Positions 1 through 8,032 of a DNA stretch of 64,000 nucleotides are shown here, one piece after another. A program made the position numbers and the translations under genes. The stretch covers positions 295,204-359,203 of the forward strand of contig OZ246405.1 of the NCBI GenBank assembly GCA_965231005.1, written 5' to 3'. The notes under the pieces are model-generated. The model was not told where the DNA came from. It saw only the letters and a list, made by a program, of their open reading frames with translations, and ran no database searches. Position 1 is the first letter of the stretch; every line of letters begins with the position of its first letter. Source of the DNA: an uncultured Gammaproteobacteria bacterium (lineage in GTDB: Bacteria > Patescibacteriota > Patescibacteriia > Magasanikbacterales > UBA922).

Positions 1-1
1 T

Positions 2-730
2 GCAGTACGTGATCTTGGAGACAAAGCAACTCGAGATGCACGTCGCAAAGAAGAGACAAATATTTTATTACAAAAAATTGATGATCAGTCAGCTGCGAAA
101 GAAAAAATGACTTTGCAAGGTGATGTGATAGCAGAAGATATTGTTGCAACCTCATCAGAACCAATTCCTGGGTCTGCAAACCCTGTACAAGAAATTGATG
201 TTCCCAAGATTCCTGGAATGGAGAATCCTGCTGGAAAGCACAAAGCTGTTGAGCTTACACCTGCTCAAAAGGCAAAATTTCGTAAACCTATTTCAGAAAG
301 AAGAATGCCTCGTGCACCAGGACAAGTAGACCATGACAGGGCAATGGCAGCACGAGAAGCAAGATTAAAAGCAAAAAGAGCTGGAGAAAGAGCTGGAGAA
401 AGAGGTGGAGAAAAGGCAATGGGAAGATTGGCGCCCAGCGACAAAAAGGTTGGTATAACAGCTGCAGAAGTACAGGCAGCAGCAGAGGCAGTTGAAAGAA
501 ATAAAATTATTATTGCTTCTGAAAAAGCAAAGTATTTAAAACCGGGTGGAGTATTAGATCGACTTTATAATCAACATGATAGAGCTGCAATCCAAGAAAT
601 GCACGAGAGTGTAAATGATCTTGTTGCAGAATTAGAAGCAATGGAGCACCTGGATGATAATGAGGATAGAAAAAGATTGCTTATGGAATTTAAAGCACTG
701 CAAAAACAGGGTTATGGACGAGCTGCGTAA
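2..730 (+). CDS. hypothetical protein; 5' end probably outside the window. Lys/Ala/Glu-rich, charged and helical.
   Basis: The frame is open from the window edge with no stop. An internal ATG at 107 is an alternative start. Stop at 728-730. No recognisable domain. Confidence 0.5.
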   Translation, partial: AVRDLGDKATRDARRKEETNILLQKIDDQSAAKEKMTLQGDVIAEDIVATSSEPIPGSANPVQEIDVPKIPGMENPAGKHKAVELTPAQKAKFRKPISERRMPRAPGQVDHDRAMAAREARLKAKRAGERAGERGGEKAMGRLAPSDKKVGITAAEVQAAAEAVERNKIIIASEKAKYLKPGGVLDRLYNQHDRAAIQEMHESVNDLVAELEAMEHLDDNEDRKRLLMEFKALQKQGYGRAA

Positions 731-747
731 AAATGATTGATAAAAAT

Positions 748-780
748 AGGTCCCAAAAAAGGACTTATTTTTTTATTTTT
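748..780 (+). terminator. Rho-independent terminator after the first CDS
   Basis: Hairpin AGGTCC-caaaaaa-GGACTT followed by a T-run. Confidence 0.4.
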
Positions 781-887
781 AGCATGCCACGAGGGCGCGC
801 CAATTCTAGATTTCTTGCTGCCACGTAAAGGCACTTCGTGCCCACGTGGCACTCAAAGGCGCTCGCAAGCTCGCGCCTTTTCGTGGT
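781..887 (+). ncRNA. conserved structured element A, copy 1. Nested helices with a UUCG-capped hairpin; function unknown.
   Basis: TGCCACGAG...GCGCC...[GCCACGT-AAA-stem-UUCG-stem-ACGTGGC]-CTCAAA...CTCGCGCC-TTTTCGTGG. The outer CCACGA/TCGTGG and GGCGCG/CGCGCC arms are complementary. A second copy lies at 31813-31918. Confidence 0.35.
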
Positions 888-902
888 TGACAAAACTGAT
901 AT

Positions 903-2303
903 TTGTGGCATACTTCTATATACAATATGCGCTATTTTGGATACAAAATACTCTTAGCAATCCTCCGTTTCTTCATGTATATAAAACGGGGGCTTTTTTG
1001 GCTATGGGATCGTGCGTGGCCTGTATTGCAAATTATTGGAAAATTTTATAATGATACACTTGGTTTTTGGTTCTACAAAATAACATTTTTTTTAAGACGG
1101 AGAATTGCAAGACTTATTGAGCCATGGAGAGAAGATATTGTTGACGTGTTTGGAAAACGGTCGACACTTCAGTTTGTTGTACTACTTGTCGCAGTGGTTG
1201 TTCTTATTCCACATACAAAATTATATAGTCAAGATACAGCGTCTATTCCAGGACGAAAAACATTATTGTATGAAATGATTGGTCCAGGAGAATTTGATTT
1301 TGACATTGAAGAAGTTGAAATTGATATCACAACACTGTCAAAACAGGATGAAAGAACATGGACACAAGGTTCTGTTGTTTCTCCACAAGTTTCAACAGGT
1401 GCACAAGACGATATTGTTGTTCCTCAAGAGATTGCAAGTATTAGTGCAGGTGGAACAGCAATAAGTAAACCAACAATTATTTCTGGAGATGCTGTTGCAA
1501 CCATTCCTGCAGGACAAACAGCACCATCGTCTGATAGATCAAAAGTTGTTACTCATGTTGTTTCAGCTGGAGATACAATTGGTGCGATTGCAGAATCATA
1601 TGGTATTAGTGTTGAAACAATTTTGTGGGCAAATAATTTGTCTGTTCGTTCGTACATACGTCCAGGAGACTCGCTCAAGATTCTTCCATCAACAGGTGTC
1701 TTACATAAAGTGAAGAGAGGTGAGACCTTGTCTAAGATTGCAAAAACATATGGTGCAAAAACAGAGGATATTATTGAAAAAAATAAATTGCAAAACGATG
1801 GATCAGATATTGTTATAGGAGAACAACTCATCATTCCTGGTGGAAGAAGACCACAACCAGTCAGACGAGTTGCATCTACACGTCGATATACATCATTGAG
1901 TAATGTTGCTGCTCCACCTCCATCTGTTGCAGCGCCTGCAGGGTCAGGGTATCTTTGGCCAACAAATGTAAGACGGATTACCCAATACTATGGTTGGCGC
2001 CACACTGGACTTGATGTTGCTGGGCCGCTTGGCTCTCCAATTTATGCATCTCGTGCTGGTCGTGTTATTAAGTCACAATGTGGATGGAATGGTGGATATG
2101 GTTGTCATATTGTTATTGATCATGGTGGTGTACAAACACTTTATGCGCATAATTCTCGTAACTATGTAAAAGTTGGTCAGCAGGTTTCACAAGGACAAAC
2201 AATTGCACTTATGGGATCAACTGGTCGGTCAACAGGTTCTCATATTCACTATGAAATTCGTGTGAATGGAAGACGGCAGAATCCGTTGCGATACATTAGA
2301 TAA
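903..2303 (+). CDS. LysM-domain M23 family metallopeptidase (two LysM repeats plus a C-terminal M23 peptidase domain), with an N-terminal TM segment
   Basis: LysM motifs: VVSAGDTIGAIAESYGIS and HKVKRGETLSKIAKTYGAK. M23 motifs: HTGLDVAG ... HIHYEIR. The start could be a later Met. Confidence 0.85.
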   Translation: MWHTSIYNMRYFGYKILLAILRFFMYIKRGLFWLWDRAWPVLQIIGKFYNDTLGFWFYKITFFLRRRIARLIEPWREDIVDVFGKRSTLQFVVLLVAVVVLIPHTKLYSQDTASIPGRKTLLYEMIGPGEFDFDIEEVEIDITTLSKQDERTWTQGSVVSPQVSTGAQDDIVVPQEIASISAGGTAISKPTIISGDAVATIPAGQTAPSSDRSKVVTHVVSAGDTIGAIAESYGISVETILWANNLSVRSYIRPGDSLKILPSTGVLHKVKRGETLSKIAKTYGAKTEDIIEKNKLQNDGSDIVIGEQLIIPGGRRPQPVRRVASTRRYTSLSNVAAPPPSVAAPAGSGYLWPTNVRRITQYYGWRHTGLDVAGPLGSPIYASRAGRVIKSQCGWNGGYGCHIVIDHGGVQTLYAHNSRNYVKVGQQVSQGQTIALMGSTGRSTGSHIHYEIRVNGRRQNPLRYIR

Positions 2304-2432
2304 AAATTTAAAAGGCTTTAAATGCCGTAAAGGCCATAAAGGCAAAAAGGCTCCTGGTTTGAGGAGTTTTTTTGTTTCTCAATATTTATTTTTATGCTAT
2401 CATTCTAAAGTTCCACAACAAGGGGGTGATTC

Positions 2433-3275
2433 ATGGGGACAAGAATTCAGGCAAGACTCGTGGGTGCAAAGTTTTTCAGGTCAATGTCCTGGAAGCTGTT
2501 CAATGTTGGTCGCCCAGCGACTGGCATTTACGCGTTCTTACTGACGCTCATCAGCTTCAGTTTTGACGACGGGGCATCATGGTATGTCAGACTCGTAACA
2601 GCAGCTTGCTTTGCTGGCATCACCATGAGCATCATGGCGTTCAATGACTGGACTGACAGGTACCACGATCGAAAAAAAGGAAAGACATTCGTAAGCGAGA
2701 ATGAGGCCGCTGTGATCCGGTACTGGCTCCGACTCGCTGCAGTGACAGCTGCGCTTTTGCTCATGGTTGTGAGTTCGAGCCTTGCACTCGGTGCACTCTG
2801 CTCGCTGGTTTGGGCTGTTGGTCTTGCATACTCTTTCGTGCCTCACTGGTTTGTTACACAGAACGTCATGGTCGCACTTTGTTCTGGCTCTCCAGCGCTC
2901 TGCGGAATGGCGTACCATCAGCAATACTCAAAAGCTGCTGTGGCCACATTTCTCATCCTTGTGTTTTTAGTTCTTTGGAATGAAGTGCTCAAAGACATTG
3001 AGGATGCAGGGATTGACCTTGGGTACAAAGAAACGTTCCCGCTTCGCATAGGTCATGTGCGAAGTGTTGCCATGCTGATTGGTTTCCAGTCTATGCTCGC
3101 TATGATGTTTTTATTTCATCCAAACGAGTGGGTGGTTTCTGTCGGGATCGTCTCAATGCCGCTGCTTGCGTTTCAGCTTGCATACCTACTCCTCCATCCC
3201 GAACGTGTGAAGCGACCAAAGTTCATCATTCAACACACGATCACAGCTCTTTTGACCGTCCTTCTCTTTACGTAG
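2433..3275 (+). CDS. UbiA-family prenyltransferase-like integral membrane protein (GC-rich island gene)
   Basis: Multiple TM helices. First Asp-rich motif NDWTDRYHD (NDxxDxxxD); second D-rich motif DIEDAGID. Preceded by ACAAGGGGGTG at 2418-2428. GC content is visibly higher than in neighbouring genes. Confidence 0.55.
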   Translation: MGTRIQARLVGAKFFRSMSWKLFNVGRPATGIYAFLLTLISFSFDDGASWYVRLVTAACFAGITMSIMAFNDWTDRYHDRKKGKTFVSENEAAVIRYWLRLAAVTAALLLMVVSSSLALGALCSLVWAVGLAYSFVPHWFVTQNVMVALCSGSPALCGMAYHQQYSKAAVATFLILVFLVLWNEVLKDIEDAGIDLGYKETFPLRIGHVRSVAMLIGFQSMLAMMFLFHPNEWVVSVGIVSMPLLAFQLAYLLLHPERVKRPKFIIQHTITALLTVLLFT

Positions 3276-3380
3276 GTCTAGAGGCGATCGGTGGAACAAA
3301 AAAACCGTCCGTGAGCCTTGCAATGGTTCTCATATTGGGGAATATTGCAAGGAGACTACGGGCGGTTTTTGATTTTCAAA

Positions 3381-3881
3381 TTATTCTATTGACTTTTGAA
3401 GTCGAGCACGAGTTGTTTCTGAAAGTTTTGTAAATTTTTTAAGAACGGCTTCAATATGTTCGTCATACATGTACTGTTCCATTTTTGAGACGAATTCATC
3501 CTGATCAATTTCAGGAAGAAGGTCAATGTGTTTTGTTACAAATTCGATTTGTATTTCTTCATCTTGGAAAATTTTTAAAAGCTTAGCAATATCCAGATTC
3601 CGTCTTCGAAACTCTGCAATAAAATGTTCTCCGTGGGTAATGATCCATCTTCTGTCTTCATAATCTGCAAGCATTCCAATTAATAGTTCTTCAGGAACAT
3701 GTGGTAATACAGATTCTGCTATGCCGTCATGAACTGCAGCAAGAACATCGTGCATGTTGTCATCCCAAATGAGTGTTCCTGTTTTATCATAATCAAAATC
3801 AACCTCTGGCCATTGCACACTTGCCCAATTACGTTGTTCTAGTATTTGTCTACGAGTTAGTTTTTGTTCTGGACTTCCCAT
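3381..3881 (-). CDS. hypothetical protein (acidic, cytoplasmic)
   Basis: The ORF 3381..3956 has an N-terminus that runs into a GC-rich island. The internal Met at 3881 (MGSPEQ...) is the more likely start. Confidence 0.45.
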   Translation of the reverse strand: MGSPEQKLTRRQILEQRNWASVQWPEVDFDYDKTGTLIWDDNMHDVLAAVHDGIAESVLPHVPEELLIGMLADYEDRRWIITHGEHFIAEFRRRNLDIAKLLKIFQDEEIQIEFVTKHIDLLPEIDQDEFVSKMEQYMYDEHIEAVLKKFTKLSETTRARLQKSIE

Positions 3882-4005
3882 ATAAATACATTTTTTTGTG
3901 CGACCCCAGGATCGACACACAGAACAGTGGCTTGCGCCACATTGTACCGGAGGCATGCCTGTGGTTGTTCGTGCGTCGACCCTGGGTCGGTTGTTGGCGC
4001 CTTGC

Positions 4006-4107
4006 TCAGATGGTGAGGGTGAGCTCGCAGGAACGGTCGCCGTCGTGGGGCGTGCTCATGATGCAGAGCTGGTCGTCGGTCGGGATGTGCGTGCTGTGCT
4101 TGTGCAT
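4006..4107 (-). CDS. candidate small ORF (33 aa, MHKHSTHIPTDDQLCIMSTPHDGDRSCELTLTI) inside a GC-rich island
   Basis: ATG is preceded by AAGGAGA at a 7-nt spacing. It lies in a 270-bp GC-rich insert between two AT-rich genes. Could be spurious. Confidence 0.2.
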   Translation of the reverse strand: MHKHSTHIPTDDQLCIMSTPHDGDRSCELTLTI

Positions 4108-4183
4108 GGTGCCGTCTCCTTGGTGTGTGGCGATTGTGAAGGTAGTGTATCAAAGGAATAAGAGATCTTCAAACAAAAAAGCG

Positions 4184-5706
4184 TCATTGAATTCTGGTCC
4201 GATATTGCAATGCCTCTGCAATATGTTCGGTTTTAATTTGTTTTTCACCAGCAAGATCTGCAATTGTTCTGCCTAACTTTAAAATTCTATGATAACTTCT
4301 TGCAGAAAGCTGCATTTGTGTTACTGCTTGTCGCAACAAATTTGTTGATGCAGTATCGAGCACACAATATTCTCGAATTTGCTTATTTGTCATTTCACTA
4401 TTAGTTTTGCAAGATGTTTTTTCAAATCGTTTGTATTGAATAGTTCTTGCTGCTTCAACACGGAGCCTAATGTTTTCTGAAGATTCTTCCAAGTCTTCTT
4501 TTCGCAGTTTTTCAAAAGGAATACGGGGAACTTCAACATGTAAGTCTATTCTGTCGAGGAGTGGTCCACTTATCTTTTTCTGGTACCGTGCAATTTGAAT
4601 TGGAGAACATACACATTGCTTTTCTGTGTCTGTTGCAAAACCACAGGGACAAGGATTTTGACTTGCAATTAAACTAAATTCTGCAGGAAATGTTATTGTT
4701 CCTTGTGCTCGCGAAATTGTAATCACTCCATCTTCAAGTGGTTGGCGGAGTGTTTCTAATACTTGTCTTGGAAATTCAGGAAATTCATCTAAAAATAATA
4801 CACCGCGGCGTGCAAGAGAAATTTCTCCTGGACGAGGAAATGTTCCTCCACCAACTAGCGCGACACCACTTGCACTGTGATGTGGTGCACGAAATGGTCG
4901 TTCGGTAATGAGTGGTTTATCTTGTTTTAGTAATCCTGCAACTGAATAGACTTTTGTTACTTCAATTGCTTCATCAACGGAAAGTCTTGGAAGGATTGTT
5001 GGAAACGTTCTAGCAAGCAATGTTTTTCCAGAACCAGGTGGTCCATTTAGAATAATATTATGACCTCCGCTTGCTGCGATCTCAAGCGCGCGCTTTACAA
5101 ACGATTGCCCTTTTACATATGCCATGTCTAGCTCATATTTTCCATGCGTAAACCACTCTTCAATTGGTTGTGGTTTTAATTTTGTAATTATTTTTTTCTT
5201 TTGTATGTGCTCCACAAGAGCATGAAATGTTTTACAGGATAAATTGAAATATCAGAAATAACACTCGCCTCTTTTGCATTTACTGCAGGGACGAACAGTT
5301 CTTTGTATCCTTTTTCTTTTGCAAAAATTGCAAGAGGAAGAATACCAGTTGTGTGGCGCAGTGTTCCGTCGAGTGCAAGTTCACCAACAAAAAGAGCGTC
5401 AGAAATATCAACGCCCTTTATTTTTTGACTTGCTATAAACATTCCCACTGCCATTGGCAAATCATATGCTGTTCCTGATTTTCTCACATCGGCTGGAGCA
5501 AGATTAACAATAACACGACTATTGTATGGAAATGTAATTCCAGCATTTTTCCACGTTGTACGAATACGATGCTTTGCTTCTTGTACAGCAGCATCTGGCA
5601 ATCCAATAATTTGATATCCTGGCCATGTGCCAGCAATATCTACTTCAACAGTAATTGGTTCACAATCCAAACCAAGAACTGCTACAGAGTTTATCTTTGT
5701 AAACAT
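4184..5706 (-). pseudogene. comM: comM/yifB (Mg-chelatase-like AAA+ ATPase, competence protein ComM), split by a frameshift in an A7 homopolymer
   Basis: The N-terminal Lon-like domain (ORF 5188..5706) and the AAA+/ChlI domain with GPPGSGKT (ORF 4184..5215) are in different frames. They overlap by 28 nt around a T7/A7 run at 5191-5197. Normally this is one ~500 aa protein. Confidence 0.7.
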
Positions 5707-5749
5707 ATTCCCTCCTTGTTATTAGTTAATAGATACTAGTTAATAGTTA
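5707..5749. repeat. TAATAG/TTATTAG-rich repeat (left flank of the four-helix-bundle gene)
   Basis: ttattagttaatagatactagttaatagttattag. Inverted relative to 6131-6175. Related copies lie at 10495-10530, 57505-57530 and 58797-58889. Confidence 0.4.
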
Positions 5750-6130
5750 TTAGTCACTTCGCTCTTTTGTTGTAGAGATAAGACTATTAATAAGTTTTTT
5801 TACTTCAATTGTTAATTTTGCTATATCGTTGAATCTATCTTTTGCTAAGTATCCAATGTCCCTAGAAATAAGTAATTGATTTTGGACTTCATTTAATGAA
5901 GCAAAAGAAATTGAATAAAATTGAATTTTTTGCTTTTTTGACTTTCTTCCAAAGCCTTCTGATATATTTGATGTAATAGATACTACCGCTCTTCTGATTT
6001 GAATCGTCAGGCCAAACTGTTCTTCTTTTGGAAATGATTTTGTTATTTGGTAAATCAAAATAACTAGTCGATGCGCTTTTTTCCATGCATCCAATTGAGT
6101 AAAAGATCTCAAATAATTTCCCTCCCTCAT
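5750..6130 (-). CDS. four-helix-bundle protein (the family usually found in the 23S rRNA intervening sequence, TIGR02436-like)
   Basis: The sequence FTQLDAWKKAHRLV...ISEGFGR...NQLLISRDIGYL is typical of the family. Here it is free-standing and flanked by inverted TAATAG repeats. Confidence 0.65.
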   Translation of the reverse strand: MREGNYLRSFTQLDAWKKAHRLVILIYQITKSFPKEEQFGLTIQIRRAVVSITSNISEGFGRKSKKQKIQFYSISFASLNEVQNQLLISRDIGYLAKDRFNDIAKLTIEVKKLINSLISTTKERSD

Positions 6131-6175
6131 GTTTGTATATTAACTATTAACTAATAGCTATTAACTATTTTTTTT
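6131..6175. repeat. TAATAG/TTATTAG-rich repeat (right flank, inverted)
   Basis: The reverse complement of ttaactattaactaatagctattaactat matches the left-flank motif. Confidence 0.4.
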
Positions 6176-6601
6176 CCGCTCTCCCTTAATTAAGAGTATT
6201 ACCCCCAGCACAATTATGATATCTGCAATATTAATCACCGACGTTGCAATGCGAAGATAATCAATCGTAATTCCAAATAACATTCTATCAATAAAGTTTG
6301 AAACTGCACCAAATATAATGAGTACAAGTCCTGCAACAAGAAAATTATTTTGTTTTTTTTCTTTGCTTACTGCGTAATAAAGCCAGAGTAAAATAATTGG
6401 TGTAAGAATTGCAAGAAGAATTTGAGAAAAGGGAAGAGAAAAGGCAATTCCTGGATTTGCAAAATATTCCCACCCTAACCATGGTTTCCAAATATAAAAA
6501 CTAGAAAACGGATTTGTTCTTATTATATATTTTAGTAATTGGTCCAGAAATAAAAAAACCCCTCCCATAATCACGAACCAGATTGTTTTTTTTGGCATCA
6601 T
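6161..6601 (-). CDS. lspA: lipoprotein signal peptidase (signal peptidase II)
   Basis: Motifs ANPGIAFSL, VSNFIDR and NIADIII. Four TM helices. Confidence 0.85.
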   Translation of the reverse strand: MMPKKTIWFVIMGGVFLFLDQLLKYIIRTNPFSSFYIWKPWLGWEYFANPGIAFSLPFSQILLAILTPIILLWLYYAVSKEKKQNNFLVAGLVLIIFGAVSNFIDRMLFGITIDYLRIATSVINIADIIIVLGVILLIKGERKKNS

Positions 6602-6607
6602 AGGTTA

Positions 6608-6994
6608 TTACACCTCATCTTTCAATGTTTTTTTACAACTAACGCAAGATGATGATGTTGGTCTTGCTTGAAGTCTAGGAATGCTAATAGGTTCATCACA
6701 GTATTTACAAATACCATAATCGCCTTTTTCAATTCTGTCGAGTGACTTATTAATATCACGCAATCTTTTTTCAAGTGTAATCTCAAGTGACTTGCTTACT
6801 TGGTATTGTGCAACTTCTTGTACACTATCGTCCACTTCGTCACCAACATCTTCAAATTTTGCATTGTAATCACCTTCAACATGAGGATTCTTTTCTGAGA
6901 ATCCTGAAAGTTCTTTTTGAAGTCGTTCTCGTTCTTCTAAAAGCTGTGCTTTTATAATATCTAGGTCTTGGAGCTTGTGTTTTTTCGCAGCCAT
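6608..6994 (-). CDS. DksA/TraR family C4 zinc-finger protein
   Basis: N-terminal coiled coil and a C-terminal CKYCDEPISIPRLQARPTSSSCVSC (CxxC...CxxC). Confidence 0.7.
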   Translation of the reverse strand: MAAKKHKLQDLDIIKAQLLEERERLQKELSGFSEKNPHVEGDYNAKFEDVGDEVDDSVQEVAQYQVSKSLEITLEKRLRDINKSLDRIEKGDYGICKYCDEPISIPRLQARPTSSSCVSCKKTLKDEV

Positions 6995-7145
6995 ATATCG
7001 GTTGGTTATTTATTATCTCTAGGAGGCTATTATACTCAATTTGTCTTGGTGTTGCAAGTAGTAAGTATTAAGAATTAAGACTAAGGATTAAGAATTAAAA
7101 TTTACTAGATGCAGTCTTAATTATTAATGCTTAATCTTAATTTTT

Positions 7146-7175
7146 GTTATTAAAAAAAGCCCTTCTCGGCTTAAT
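7146..7175 (-). terminator. Rho-independent terminator (minus strand)
   Basis: Minus strand reads AAGCC-gagaag-GGCTT followed by TTTTTTT. Confidence 0.4.
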
Positions 7176-7204
7176 CATTCTTCTATAATATGAAATTTTT
7201 GTAA

Positions 7205-7250
7205 ATAAAAAGGCGACATAGCGCCCTAGGTATTTTTTGGCGTGTCGCCT
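7205..7250 (-). terminator. Rho-independent terminator (minus strand) at the 3' edge of the candidate ncRNA region
   Basis: Minus strand reads AGGCGACA...TGTCGCCT (8-bp stem with a nested CGCC/GGCG) followed by TTTTTATTT. Confidence 0.4.
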
Positions 7251-7640
7251 TAAAATCCCAGGGAGAAATTGCAGTGGAACAGGAGTTCCAGGTGAATATT
7301 GGCTCAATGGGATCATAATTCACCATCCGTTCCAGGGGTGTAGCTCCTCTATACTCAGAGCGCGAAGCATCGAGTATTATAGGCGAGGAAGCACCAGTTT
7401 CCAGTTCGCTTCTAAGTGTTTGACGTTTATGTTTGTTTTTACCTAATTTCGGGGAAATTAGGGTGGGAAAAATGGGAGCTGCCACAAAGGCGCTCAACCG
7501 TTCCCGAAGTCATTGGTACTTTTTATGGAAAGTACCAAAAGTGAACTGGAACAAGAGGAATAGATAGGTGAATAATCATGTTGTTCACGACAAGTCGCGG
7601 ACAACTGATTGGTTGTGAATGAGCGAATCATTTACATATA
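7251..7640 (-). ncRNA. candidate structured non-coding RNA (~390 nt), identity undetermined
   Basis: A 450-bp gap holds only implausible ORFs. It has moderate GC, several perfect hairpins (GGTGAAT/ATTCACC; GGTACTTT/AAAGTACC) and two minus-strand terminators at its 3' side. No CCGG P4 motif, so RNase P is unlikely. No tRNA-like ends on the plus strand, so tmRNA is unlikely. Confidence 0.2.
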
Positions 7641-7754
7641 TATAATACCATAATTTTTTAGTTTTGTCAATAGTAGGCATTTATTGGCTAAAATAAGCTA
7701 ATAAATTAGCTTTTTTGCAGATTTTTTTGTCTAGAATAGTCTATACAAAATTAT

Positions 7755-7910
7755 AAATGTGTGGAAAAGGTAGATAATTTTTGCAATGTTATCCACAATT
7801 TTGTTCACTTTCCCACAGACTTATCCACAATGTATAGAGTAGTGTATACAAATTACAGTTAAAAATGTGGATTGTTTGCGGGAAAAAAAACTTCTTTGAT
7901 GTGGAAATCT
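7755..7910. other. DnaA-box cluster; candidate oriC or a DnaA-regulated region
   Basis: Perfect TTATCCACA at 7789-7797 and 7821-7829. Near-consensus boxes at 7760-7768 (TTTTCCACA, minus), 7809-7817, 7866-7874 (ATCCACA core, minus) and 7900-7908 (TTTCCACA, minus). An AT-rich tract at 7640-7750 could be a DNA unwinding element. Confidence 0.45.
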
Positions 7911-8032
7911 TGCAAAATTCCTATTTTTTGGCTTAAAAAAGGTAAAAACAGCCCATTTGAGCTGCTTTATTCCTTCCCTGACCGCCGCAAGCACGAACGG
8001 TCAGGGGGTTGGCATGGTCATCTTGAAGATCC

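Noticed and set aside
3773-4276. Plus-strand ORFs 3773..4276 and 3898..4161 and minus-strand ORF 3857..4153 in the 270-bp GC insert
   Set aside because: They overlap the end of the neighbouring gene or have no RBS (GGAGG only 1 nt from the ATG). Only the 33-aa minus-strand sORF has a proper SD, and even that call is weak.
7251-7640. RNase P RNA or tmRNA as the identity of the non-coding region
   Set aside because: There is no CCGG-containing P4 strand (GGAAAGUCCGG/ACAGAANCCGGCUUA). There is no GGGG...CCACCA tRNA-like end pair and no -ALAA tag reading frame. Identity left open.
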